Of a stretch of DNA of 6,465 bases, positions 1 to 6,358 are shown in pieces. The DNA comes from a virus (lineage: Duplodnaviria; Heunggongvirae; Uroviricota; Caudoviricetes). The stretch lies in IMG/VR virus record IMGVR_UViG_2547132415_000015; one strand, 5' to 3'. The first letter of the stretch is position 1. Every line of letters begins with the position of its first letter. Below the pieces are notes generated by a model, which saw nothing but the letters and a program-made list of their open reading frames with translations, was not told where the DNA came from and did not search any database. The position numbers and the translations under genes were made by a program.

Positions 1-1612
1 TTTCTGATGATTTCGCTGCCTCTTTTGAGGCCGCCGCATCCCGGGCTGAGGTGGCAGCTTCTGACGCCTTTGTGGTCGCTGCGGATGCAGAAGTGGCTGC
101 AGATTTTTGTGACGCTGCCGCATTCGTTTCTGACGTTTTCGCCGCACCGGCACTGGTAGCTGCCGCGCTTTTTGAGGACTCTGCAGCGGCAGCACTTTTT
201 GATGCTTCAGTGGCCTTTGTTGATGCCGTTCCTGCGCTGGAAGACGCTGACTGAGCCGACGTCGCGGCCTGCCCGGCTGATGTGCTGGCTGCGCGTGCTG
301 AGCCTGCAGCATCAGTCGCATGGGTTACTTCGCTCGTTTTTACTATCGCTGTCGTCACTTGCTCCAGCGAACTGCTCGCTACCTTTCCCGAACGCACAAG
401 CTGGTTTAATACTGCCGCCGCAGCGCCAGTTGTCGAATCAGCCGCATTCCCGGCACGTTGAGCTATATCGGCCAATTGCCCGCTGGTTGTCCCCAACTGA
501 TTTCCGGTAAGAATAAGAGATTTATTAAATTCGTCCTGCTCCTGAGAGCCTTTATAGTAAGCCAGTCCTAAGACCCCAACGGCTGCTGCGGCCAGGGTAA
601 AAGGATTAATTAATCCCAGCACATAAGAACCTACACCTTTGATCGCCGGGCCAATCCCACCGAACATATCTTTTAGCTGGCCGCCCTGCTGCATTAACAC
701 CATAAATGGCGACTGACCAGTGGACAACCCAACAACAATATCCGTCATTTGTGCAGGCAACATGCGCATAGCAAAAGCCGTTTGTTTTGCCGACATTCCG
801 GTTTTGCTTAATTGTGATTGAGTAACCTCAAGCTCACTCCGCATAGCACGAAGTTTTCCAGAAAGCTCCTCATACATTTCAGGAGAAAGCATCCCCTTAG
901 CTTTTGCTTCATTGAGCTGTTTCTGTTGTTCTACCAGACGATTAAAAGCAGTTCCGACAGGATCAAGTTGAGCAATCAGACGTTGCAAAGCAACAACCTG
1001 TTCATCATGCGCTTTTGCTGCTTCTCGCTCTGCCTGAGCCTCTCCGGTAAGCTCTCGCCGTGTTTCCTGTATTTTTCGGCTATAATTCTCAAACTGAGAA
1101 CCATTTATTTTCCCGGATGCAAACGCAGCATTAAGTTCATCATGCTGTTGTTCAAGATTTCTTAGCGCCGCAGCCAGAGGGTCGATCTTGTCCAGCATTC
1201 TTTGAAAGGCCTGAGCCTGCGCTTCCTGCTGGGCGGCAGCAAGTTTTCCGGCCTTCTCGGCTTCTCTCTGCGCTTGCGCAACCCCGCTCAATTCCTCTGT
1301 GGTTTCATTAAGTTTACGGACAAGAAATTCATATTCTTCTTTATCAATAAGCCCTTTATCGAAAAATTTCTTTAATTCAGAATAGCGTCGACCGACAGTA
1401 TCAATTGCGGCACCAACTGGATCAATAGCTGCTTTTAATTTTGCGAGCGCGTTCTTCTCATCTTCTGTTGCCTTAGTCACTTTCCCTGCGCTATTTGCAG
1501 CAGTTTCCCCAGCCTGCGTCATTTTGACTAATGAGGAGGTCAGATTGTCAGCATTATTTTTCGCTCCAGTGCTATCAATAATTATTGCGAGACGCGAGGT
1601 TTGCTCTGCCAT
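1..1612 (-). CDS. Phage tail tape-measure protein, N-terminal 537 codons (5' partial; gene continues beyond window start)
   Basis: ATG at 1612..1610 with an AGGAG Shine-Dalgarno 9 nt upstream (forward 'ctcct' at 1622-1626). My own translation of the minus strand stays open to position 1; this ORF is absent from the supplied track because it has no stop in the window. Residues ~281-320 read '[39 protein letters not shown]', which closely matches the conserved N-proximal block of lambda gpH as I remember it, and is followed by a hydrophobic segment '[14 protein letters not shown]'. It contains three ~75-aa coiled-coil-like repeats and an Ala/Ser-rich C-proximal tract. Confidence 0.8.
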
Positions 1613-1777
1613 TTATTAAAACTCCTGACAACAAAAAAACCACCGCGAAGTGAGTTTCAGGCGACATAATAGTAGATATAGCGATTACGAGGCCACGCAA
1701 TGCTTTTCTCCAGGAGCATCATCGATTTAATTAAAGACACCATCACATCTCTGTAACAGAGTGTACGTAATTAACAA

Positions 1778-2095
1778 CTACACACACTGCTCCTGAAAAT
1801 ACTGGTCATCCAGTGCAAAGATCACTGCTTCAAATTCATCGCGCTCAATCAATACCGGATGAGTGGCTAAATATTCATTTATCTCTGTCAGAGATAAAGG
1901 CAAAGGCACCCCAGCCATTCCAGCATAACGTCGGGCACGGGATATTACCGAATAGGCGTACAACAACTCCTTAAGCACCGGGTCTATTTCTGGTTCCGGT
2001 AACCCGTCTACAGGTTTTAAGTCCTTCATTGGCGTAAACCAGCGTTCTCCACCAATGATAATTTTCTGATTAAGAATAAACATCCATAACCTCAT
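1778..2095 (-). CDS. Hypothetical phage protein, 105 aa, acidic; sits immediately upstream of the tape-measure gene
   Basis: Complete ORF in the supplied track. ATG at 2095..2093 is preceded by 'GGGGGA' about 8 nt upstream. No motif I can assign. The position before the tape-measure gene is where tail assembly chaperones normally sit, but no frameshift partner frame exists. Confidence 0.5.
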   Translation of the reverse strand: MRLWMFILNQKIIIGGERWFTPMKDLKPVDGLPEPEIDPVLKELLYAYSVISRARRYAGMAGVPLPLSLTEINEYLATHPVLIERDEFEAVIFALDDQYFQEQCV

Positions 2096-2143
2096 TCAAT
2101 GCGTCCCCCTGTAGGGCAGTACCACAGGAGAAATAACGGAAAA

Positions 2144-2509
2144 TCAACTAATCGCCTCAGCACTGGCTTTTGCGATCACGGCAGCCGGGGAATTTTTTTT
2201 TCTGGTTATCGTAGGTGCTTCATCTGCTGCGGTAATGCTCAATTGAACCTGGATAATGTCGCTATTACCCCCATCAGGCCATTCACCTGACACCTGAACC
2301 TTCGGGAAACTGAAAGTGTATGCCCCCTCTCCATTCGAAAGCGTGAAGCTGAACGGAACTGTTTCTCCAGTCAGTGTTTTACTCCAGATTTCCCACGCGG
2401 CTTCCCGATTTTCTTTCAGTCGGTTCAGATCAACATCCAGAACGTCAGCGATTTGTTGTGCAGTCATCCGGCACGCTGCCAGAGACTCGACTTTCGAATA
2501 CGGAATCAT
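2144..2509 (-). CDS. Hypothetical phage protein, 121 aa, with an N-terminal helix-turn-helix-like segment
   Basis: Complete ORF in the supplied track. ATG at 2509..2507 is preceded by 'GGGGGTGA' 4-5 nt upstream. Residues 15-35 'MTAQQIADVLDVDLNRLKENR' resemble an HTH DNA-binding motif; the C-terminal half is beta-rich ('FSFTLSNGEGAYTFSFPKVQVSGEW'). The 5' end overlaps the 3' end of the upstream gene by 65 nt. An A9 homopolymer lies 17 codons before the stop. Confidence 0.5.
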   Translation of the reverse strand: MIPYSKVESLAACRMTAQQIADVLDVDLNRLKENREAAWEIWSKTLTGETVPFSFTLSNGEGAYTFSFPKVQVSGEWPDGGNSDIIQVQLSITAADEAPTITRKKNSPAAVIAKASAEAIS

Positions 2510-3377
2510 TTGTCACCCCCATTGATATGCAGGGTGTCTTCTTCCTGTATTTTTCGTGAAGGATTTTTACTGCAGCGTTGTTCCAGGTGACCTGATGGTG
2601 AATGCGTTTATGGCTGGCACCCATCAGTGAGATTTTTACGCACGACGGCGCATACATGACGGAGTAAAAACTTTTAACGTAGGTTCCGGAATCCAGATAC
2701 AGCTCGGTCATTCCGCCGCTGTTTTTCTGCGTCTGTTTCTGCCCTAACTGGACAGCACCGATCGTCATAAACAATTCACCACAGCGACCGAGATTCGTGT
2801 ACGTATTCACATCCTCGTTAATGCGCCCCATGAATGAGAACGGTCGATCAACCGAACAGATAAAGCTGTTCATTGCCTTGCGTTTCACCCACGAAGCATG
2901 GCCGCCATTGTCACCAAGAAAATCCCCTCCCTGCGACATAGCGATGGAAAGAGCAGGTATTGATTCGTAGTACGCCAGCATTTCAGAAAGGATCGCATCC
3001 AGTTTCCTTATCGGAAAATAGGCCTGGTCATAGTTGCGATCCACCCGAAACTGGAACTCGTGATAATCATCATCGAGCTGAATGAAGTATTTACACCCGA
3101 CCAGTTTTGCCTGGTCGAAACAGGCATTACGGGCGTAAAAAATTGAGCGGCGGTCACAGAAATTATCGGCTTCGTCAAAACGACTGGCGATATCGGCTTT
3201 GGAAAACACCAGCACCTGTTCACCAAATTCAGCCATGTACTGATGCCGTGTCTTATCTTCATCATCAACAACGATAAAAATTTTCCCGGTATAGCCAGCA
3301 CGACGCAACGTCCGGTAAGTCAGAACTTTGTCCGGTCGCCCGTGAGTCAGAATAAAGGCGCAAAAATCATCACGCAT
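2445..3377 (-). CDS. Predicted nucleotide-sugar glycosyltransferase-like protein (GT-A fold, GT2-like motifs), ~310 aa, no predicted membrane anchor
   Basis: The track ORF is 2445..3398, but the first seven codons (MVVRRRN) are just the purine-rich ribosome-binding site 'GAGGAGGAGGAA' read in another frame. The more likely start is the ATG at 3377..3375, which overlaps the upstream stop as ATGCGTGA. Numbering from the track ORF start at 3398: 'AFILTHGRPD' (res 14-23), 'KIFIVVDDED' (res 38-48), 'ARNACFDQAKLVGCKYFIQLDDDY' (res 88-112, a DxD motif; the DDD codons are at 3074-3066) and a later 'RINEDVN', together resembling the GT-A/GT2 signature layout. No PP-loop (SGGKDS) and no methyltransferase motifs (DPPY, FxGxG) were seen. 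Confidence 0.6.
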   Translation of the reverse strand: MRDDFCAFILTHGRPDKVLTYRTLRRAGYTGKIFIVVDDEDKTRHQYMAEFGEQVLVFSKADIASRFDEADNFCDRRSIFYARNACFDQAKLVGCKYFIQLDDDYHEFQFRVDRNYDQAYFPIRKLDAILSEMLAYYESIPALSIAMSQGGDFLGDNGGHASWVKRKAMNSFICSVDRPFSFMGRINEDVNTYTNLGRCGELFMTIGAVQLGQKQTQKNSGGMTELYLDSGTYVKSFYSVMYAPSCVKISLMGASHKRIHHQVTWNNAAVKILHEKYRKKTPCISMGVTNDSVFESRVSGSVPDDCTTNR

Positions 3378-4161
3378 ATTCCTCCTCCTCACCACCATGC
3401 ATGATCTCCACCATGCGCTGCGTCATCCGGACAAATCCATTTTCAATAGCCTGCTGATAATCAATGATCACCAGCGCCGACTCCTCGAAAAAACACTGAA
3501 TTTCAGCGGGGGCGTGAGCGTAATAGTCCGCAATTCTGCTGAAATTAAACACCGTGTGACGTTCTGCCGCACACAGGAGGAATTTCTCAATATCAGGCTC
3601 AAGGGACGCCGAACGTATCCGGCTGATCAGCTCCTGAGTTTTCGTATCGTCGTACAGTTCACTGATATCCGGTTTACCGCCCGACGGCTCATAAACAGGC
3701 GTATCAATTTTCGTCGTATACGGCTCCTCCTCATTTCCTGTACCGGGCAAAACATCCGTCAACAGTTCATCAATTTCTGTCGGGATGAAGCCTGTCAGGG
3801 AGACATCAAAATCAGCATTGATTAGGTCCGACAGCTCCATCCGCAACAGATCTTCATCCCAGCCAGCATTCATCGGCAGGCGATTATCTGCCAGGCGGTA
3901 CGCCTTTTTCTGCTCATCCGTCAGGCCAGACAGAACAATGACCGGAACAGAATCCATTTTGAGCATTTCAGCCGCCATAACACGACCGTGACCCGCAATA
4001 ATTTCGCCCTTTTCGTCAATCAGCACCGGATTAGTCCAGCCGAATTGCTTAATACTTTCTTCCAGTTGTGCCACCTGCTCAGTACTGTGCGTCCTGGCGT
4101 TGTGCGCATACGGTGACAATTCTTGTAATGGGCGATAGACTATCTTTAATTTCTCGCTCAT
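3370..4161 (-). CDS. ParB-like N-terminal domain (ParB/Srx superfamily) protein, 263 aa
   Basis: Complete ORF. The N-terminal ~95 aa have the ParB N-domain pattern: 'VYRPLQELSPYAHNAR', 'IKQFGWTNPVLIDEKGEIIAGHGR' (a GxxR arginine motif at res 57-60) and 'VPVIVLSGLTDEQKKAYRLADN'. The C-terminal ~160 aa are acidic and end in 'GGEEEEYA'. A weak 'AAGG' precedes the ATG. From memory this corresponds to the ynaK position of E. coli K-12 Rac, but I cannot verify that here. Confidence 0.8.
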   Translation of the reverse strand: MSEKLKIVYRPLQELSPYAHNARTHSTEQVAQLEESIKQFGWTNPVLIDEKGEIIAGHGRVMAAEMLKMDSVPVIVLSGLTDEQKKAYRLADNRLPMNAGWDEDLLRMELSDLINADFDVSLTGFIPTEIDELLTDVLPGTGNEEEPYTTKIDTPVYEPSGGKPDISELYDDTKTQELISRIRSASLEPDIEKFLLCAAERHTVFNFSRIADYYAHAPAEIQCFFEESALVIIDYQQAIENGFVRMTQRMVEIMHGGEEEEYA

Positions 4162-4178
4162 ACAGCCTTGCTTTATGA

Positions 4179-4212
4179 ATAAAACGCACCCCAGCAGCCA
4201 GTGCTACTGGGG
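4179..4212 (-). terminator. Putative rho-independent terminator downstream of trkG (minus strand)
   Basis: On the minus strand, 'CCCCAGTAGC-actg-GCTGCTGGGG' forms a 10-bp stem with one mismatch and a 4-nt loop (forward 4189-4212), followed immediately by the U-rich 'GCGTTTTATT' (forward 4188-4179). It lies 87 nt after the trkG stop and 18 nt before the ParB-like ATG. Confidence 0.5.
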
Positions 4213-4298
4213 ACGGAGGTGTTGCTGGTAAAGTTAGGTATTGGATCAATGAGTGAGTCAACATAATATTAAACTCACAATTATAAATCAGCCATATA

Positions 4299-5756
4299 TT
4301 AGGAGCGCCAAAAAAAACCTGAAAACAATATAATAACAGGATAAATTTCAAGGCGACCAAGAATCATAGCTATGCACATTAAACATTTTGCAATGTCATT
4401 AAGCACTCCGAATGACGATGCAGTAGCCCCAAAACCTAATCCCATATTATTAATACATGCAGCCACTGTTGCAAATGATGTAAGAAAATCATATCCCATA
4501 CCATTTAACACCAGTATAAAAAACACCGTGAAGAGAGTATAAAGAAAAAAGAAACTCCATACAGACCTCATTACACGATCTGTAACTATCTTCCCTCCTA
4601 CATTTACACTCAACAACGCTCTGGGATGAGAAAGCTGATTTATCTCGTGTTTGCTTTGTTTGAAAAGTATAAGAAATCGAAGTGACTTAATTCCACCACA
4701 AGTTGAACCTATACATCCCCCAAAGAAACTTGACAACAGCAAAAACACTATCGTGTGCGTGGGCCAACTTGCATAATCCTGCGTAGCTAAACCATTATCA
4801 GTGAGCATGGAGCTGGCAAGAAAAAACGAATGAATAAAACTTCCATGCAAGTCATACATACCTATATGCCAGACCTGGAAAGAGGTAACAATGATCACCC
4901 CTAAGGCTATTAACAGAAAGAAACGAAGTTCAATATCTCTGATTAAAGGTTTTATCGTTTTCCTGCTAATAACAATATACCAAAGAGTGAAGTTGAAAGC
5001 CGATAGCAGGGAAAAAGAACCAGCCACCAGCTCAACCAAATAGTTATTAAAATATCCGATACTCTCGCTATGAGTTGAGAAACCACCAAGCGAAACTGTG
5101 GAAATCCCGTGACAAATAGCATCAAACAAAGGCATTCCTGCAAGTCTATAACAGACAATACAAGCAATACCTAATAAAGAATAAGTTATCCACAGTGTCC
5201 GTGACGTATCGGCCAGGCGGGGAGTGAGTTTGTCATCCTTAAATGGCCCCGGCATTTCTGACTGATAAAGCTTTGCACCACCAATACCCAATAATGGCAA
5301 TACAGCAACCGCCAGAACAATAACTCCTAAACCACCTATAAAATTTAACTGTGACCGATAGTACAAATATGCCCGAGGTAATGAACTAACATCATCAATT
5401 ACAGTTGCTCCTGTTGTTGTTATTCCAGAAACCCCTTCAAACAGAGCATCAATGAACGTTAAATTAAGTTCTGAGTCAATCCATAAAGGGAATGCACTAA
5501 TAACAGAAAACAAAATCCAAAACATTACAATTATAATAAACCCATCACGGGTACGTAATTGAATGCCAGATTTCTTAGTTGTATACCACGCTCCGCCACC
5601 AATGCAAAAAAATATAACGAAAGTTATTAAGAAAACGAACAGGCTTTTTTCTTTATAAAACAATGCTACAACCATTGGTGGCAACATTGAAAGACTATAG
5701 AGCCAAACCAGGAACCCACACATATGAGTAACAACTCTTACATGAGATGTATTCAT
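4299..5756 (-). CDS. trkG: TrkH/TrkG-family potassium uptake membrane protein (prophage moron), 485 aa
   Basis: Polytopic membrane protein with repeated selectivity-filter-like glycine motifs ('TTTGATV', 'GGLGV', 'SLGGFS', 'GSTCGG', 'NMGLGFG') typical of TrkH/KtrB. I recognise the translation from 'MNTSHVRVVTHMCGF...' as E. coli Rac prophage TrkG from memory. The track ORF begins at a TTG at 5774; the ATG at 5756 gives the 485-aa product. The gene is visibly AT-rich compared with its neighbours. Confidence 0.9.
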   Translation of the reverse strand: MNTSHVRVVTHMCGFLVWLYSLSMLPPMVVALFYKEKSLFVFLITFVIFFCIGGGAWYTTKKSGIQLRTRDGFIIIVMFWILFSVISAFPLWIDSELNLTFIDALFEGVSGITTTGATVIDDVSSLPRAYLYYRSQLNFIGGLGVIVLAVAVLPLLGIGGAKLYQSEMPGPFKDDKLTPRLADTSRTLWITYSLLGIACIVCYRLAGMPLFDAICHGISTVSLGGFSTHSESIGYFNNYLVELVAGSFSLLSAFNFTLWYIVISRKTIKPLIRDIELRFFLLIALGVIIVTSFQVWHIGMYDLHGSFIHSFFLASSMLTDNGLATQDYASWPTHTIVFLLLSSFFGGCIGSTCGGIKSLRFLILFKQSKHEINQLSHPRALLSVNVGGKIVTDRVMRSVWSFFFLYTLFTVFFILVLNGMGYDFLTSFATVAACINNMGLGFGATASSFGVLNDIAKCLMCIAMILGRLEIYPVIILFSGFFWRS

Positions 5757-5830
5757 ATCTAAATATTCTTTCAATTATAACCACCTTGCTGCAATATTAT
5801 GATTATACTGTATAAAATTTAACTCCTCTT
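5757..5830 (-). promoter_or_regulatory. AT-rich putative promoter region for trkG
   Basis: Two minus-strand TATAAT hexamers (forward 5779-5774 and 5807-5802) lie upstream of the trkG ATG, but neither has a well-spaced -35 element (the TTGCAG at 5794-5789 is only 9 nt from the proximal -10). Call rests on AT-richness and the -10 matches only. Confidence 0.2.
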
Positions 5831-5893
5831 AGATCTTACTTCACTGTTCCTTATGAAACAATCATCAAAATGAATCATATTGTAGTTAAGATT

Positions 5894-6358
5894 TTACTTT
5901 AAACACTGCTCGGTTATGTATTGCTGAGCACCTTCAAGTTGGGCCTGCATCATTACCAGTCGTTCCCGGAGGGTGAAATAATCCCGTTCAGCGGTGTCTG
6001 CCAGTCGGGGGGAGGCTGCATTATCCACGCCGGAGGCCGTGGTGGCTTCACGCACTGACTGACAGACTGCTTTGATGTGCAACCGACGACGACCAGCGGC
6101 AACATCATCACGCAGAGCATCATTTTCAGCTTTCGCATCAGCTAACTCCTTCGTGTATTTTGCATCGAGCGCAGCAACATCACGCTGACGCATCTGCATG
6201 TCAGTAATTGCCGCGTTCGCTAGCTTCAGTTCTCTGGCATTTTTGTCGCGCTGGGCTTTGTAGGCGATTGCGTTATCACGGTAATGATTGACCGCCCATG
6301 ACAGGCTGACGATGATGCAGATAATCAGAGCGGATATAATCGCGGTTACTCTGCTCAC
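5894..6358 (-). CDS. Rz: Rz-family i-spanin (inner-membrane spanin subunit)
   Basis: The translation '[28 protein letters not shown]...[27 protein letters not shown]...' is near-identical to lambda Rz / E. coli RzpD as I remember them: N-terminal transmembrane segment followed by a coiled-coil periplasmic domain. Favoured start is the GTG at 6358..6356, preceded by 'GGGGG' 6 nt upstream and overlapping the lysozyme stop as GTGA; the track uses an upstream in-frame GTG at 6370. Confidence 0.85.
   Translation of the reverse strand: MSRVTAIISALIICIIVSLSWAVNHYRDNAIAYKAQRDKNARELKLANAAITDMQMRQRDVAALDAKYTKELADAKAENDALRDDVAAGRRRLHIKAVCQSVREATTASGVDNAASPRLADTAERDYFTLRERLVMMQAQLEGAQQYITEQCLK
5953..6138 (-). 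CDS. Rz1: Rz1-family o-spanin (outer-membrane lipoprotein), embedded in a different frame within Rz
   Basis: '[20 protein letters not shown]|TSKQ...' has a lipoprotein signal with lipobox 'VVGC' and a proline-rich mature part ('[18 protein letters not shown]'), matching lambda Rz1 from memory. ATG at 6138 is preceded by 'AAGGAG' 7 nt upstream. The ORF lies entirely inside the Rz coding region. Confidence 0.85.
   Translation of the reverse strand: MRKLKMMLCVMMLPLVVVGCTSKQSVSQCVKPPRPPAWIMQPPPDWQTPLNGIISPSGNDW

Noticed and set aside
51-510. Plus-strand ORFs of 67 aa and 112 aa (51-254, 172-510), the first extremely Ala-rich
   Set aside because: They lie antisense to the GC-rich Ala/Ser codon repeats of the tape-measure gene, which suppress stop codons on the opposite strand. 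No start context, and the minus-strand frame has a clear homology signal.
818-1165. Plus-strand 115-aa ORF
   Set aside because: Falls entirely inside the tape-measure coding region on the opposite strand; low-complexity Leu/Phe/Ser-rich translation with no ribosome-binding site.
1778-1830. T-like frameshift extension of the 105-aa ORF into the gap before the tape-measure gene
   Set aside because: All three minus-strand frames hit stop codons within about 20 codons downstream of 1778.
2093-2201. Programmed G/GT-type frameshift or stop-codon read-through joining the 121-aa and 105-aa ORFs
   Set aside because: The two ORFs are in the same frame but separated by two in-frame TGA codons (2146-2144 and 2098-2096). 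Shifted frames at the A9 tract terminate within about 12 codons, so no fusion product is supported.
2099-2559. Plus-strand small ORFs (2099-2290, 2316-2525, 2374-2559)
   Set aside because: Antisense to the 121-aa ORF and to the GT-like gene end; short, no convincing start signals, Cys/Arg-rich junk-like composition.
3008-3301. Minus-strand 97-aa ORF nested within the GT-like gene
   Set aside because: Out-of-frame nested ORF inside a longer ORF that has recognisable motifs; no independent support.
3378-3398. Track start of the GT-like ORF at 3398 ('MVVRRRN' extension)
   Set aside because: Those codons are the GAGGAGGAGG ribosome-binding site, i.e. the EEEE codons of the upstream gene read in another frame. 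The ATG at 3377 has ideal spacing and overlaps the upstream stop.
3397-3991. Plus-strand ORFs of 142 aa and 68 aa antisense to the ParB-like gene
   Set aside because: The minus-strand frame carries the ParB-domain signature; the antisense frames are Arg/Ser-rich, typical of mirror frames.
4233-4261. Promoter for the ParB/GT pair based on a minus-strand TTGACT (-35-like) at 4261-4256
   Set aside because: No acceptable -10 at 16-18 nt spacing (best is CCTAAC), and the site lies upstream of the trkG terminator hairpin, so transcripts from it would be terminated.
4079-4360. Minus-strand 93-aa ORF spanning the trkG 3' end, the terminator and the ParB-like 5' end
   Set aside because: It crosses two well-supported genes and a terminator hairpin; a chance open frame in AT-rich sequence.
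4952-5167. Minus-strand 71-aa ORF nested in trkG
   Set aside because: Alternative frame inside the transporter gene; the trkG frame is supported by full-length family resemblance.
5757-5774. Track start of the transporter ORF at 5774 (TTG, 'MKEYLD' extension)
   Set aside because: The downstream ATG at 5756 yields the canonical 485-aa TrkG N-terminus (MNTSHVRV...); the TTG overlaps the -10-like hexamer.
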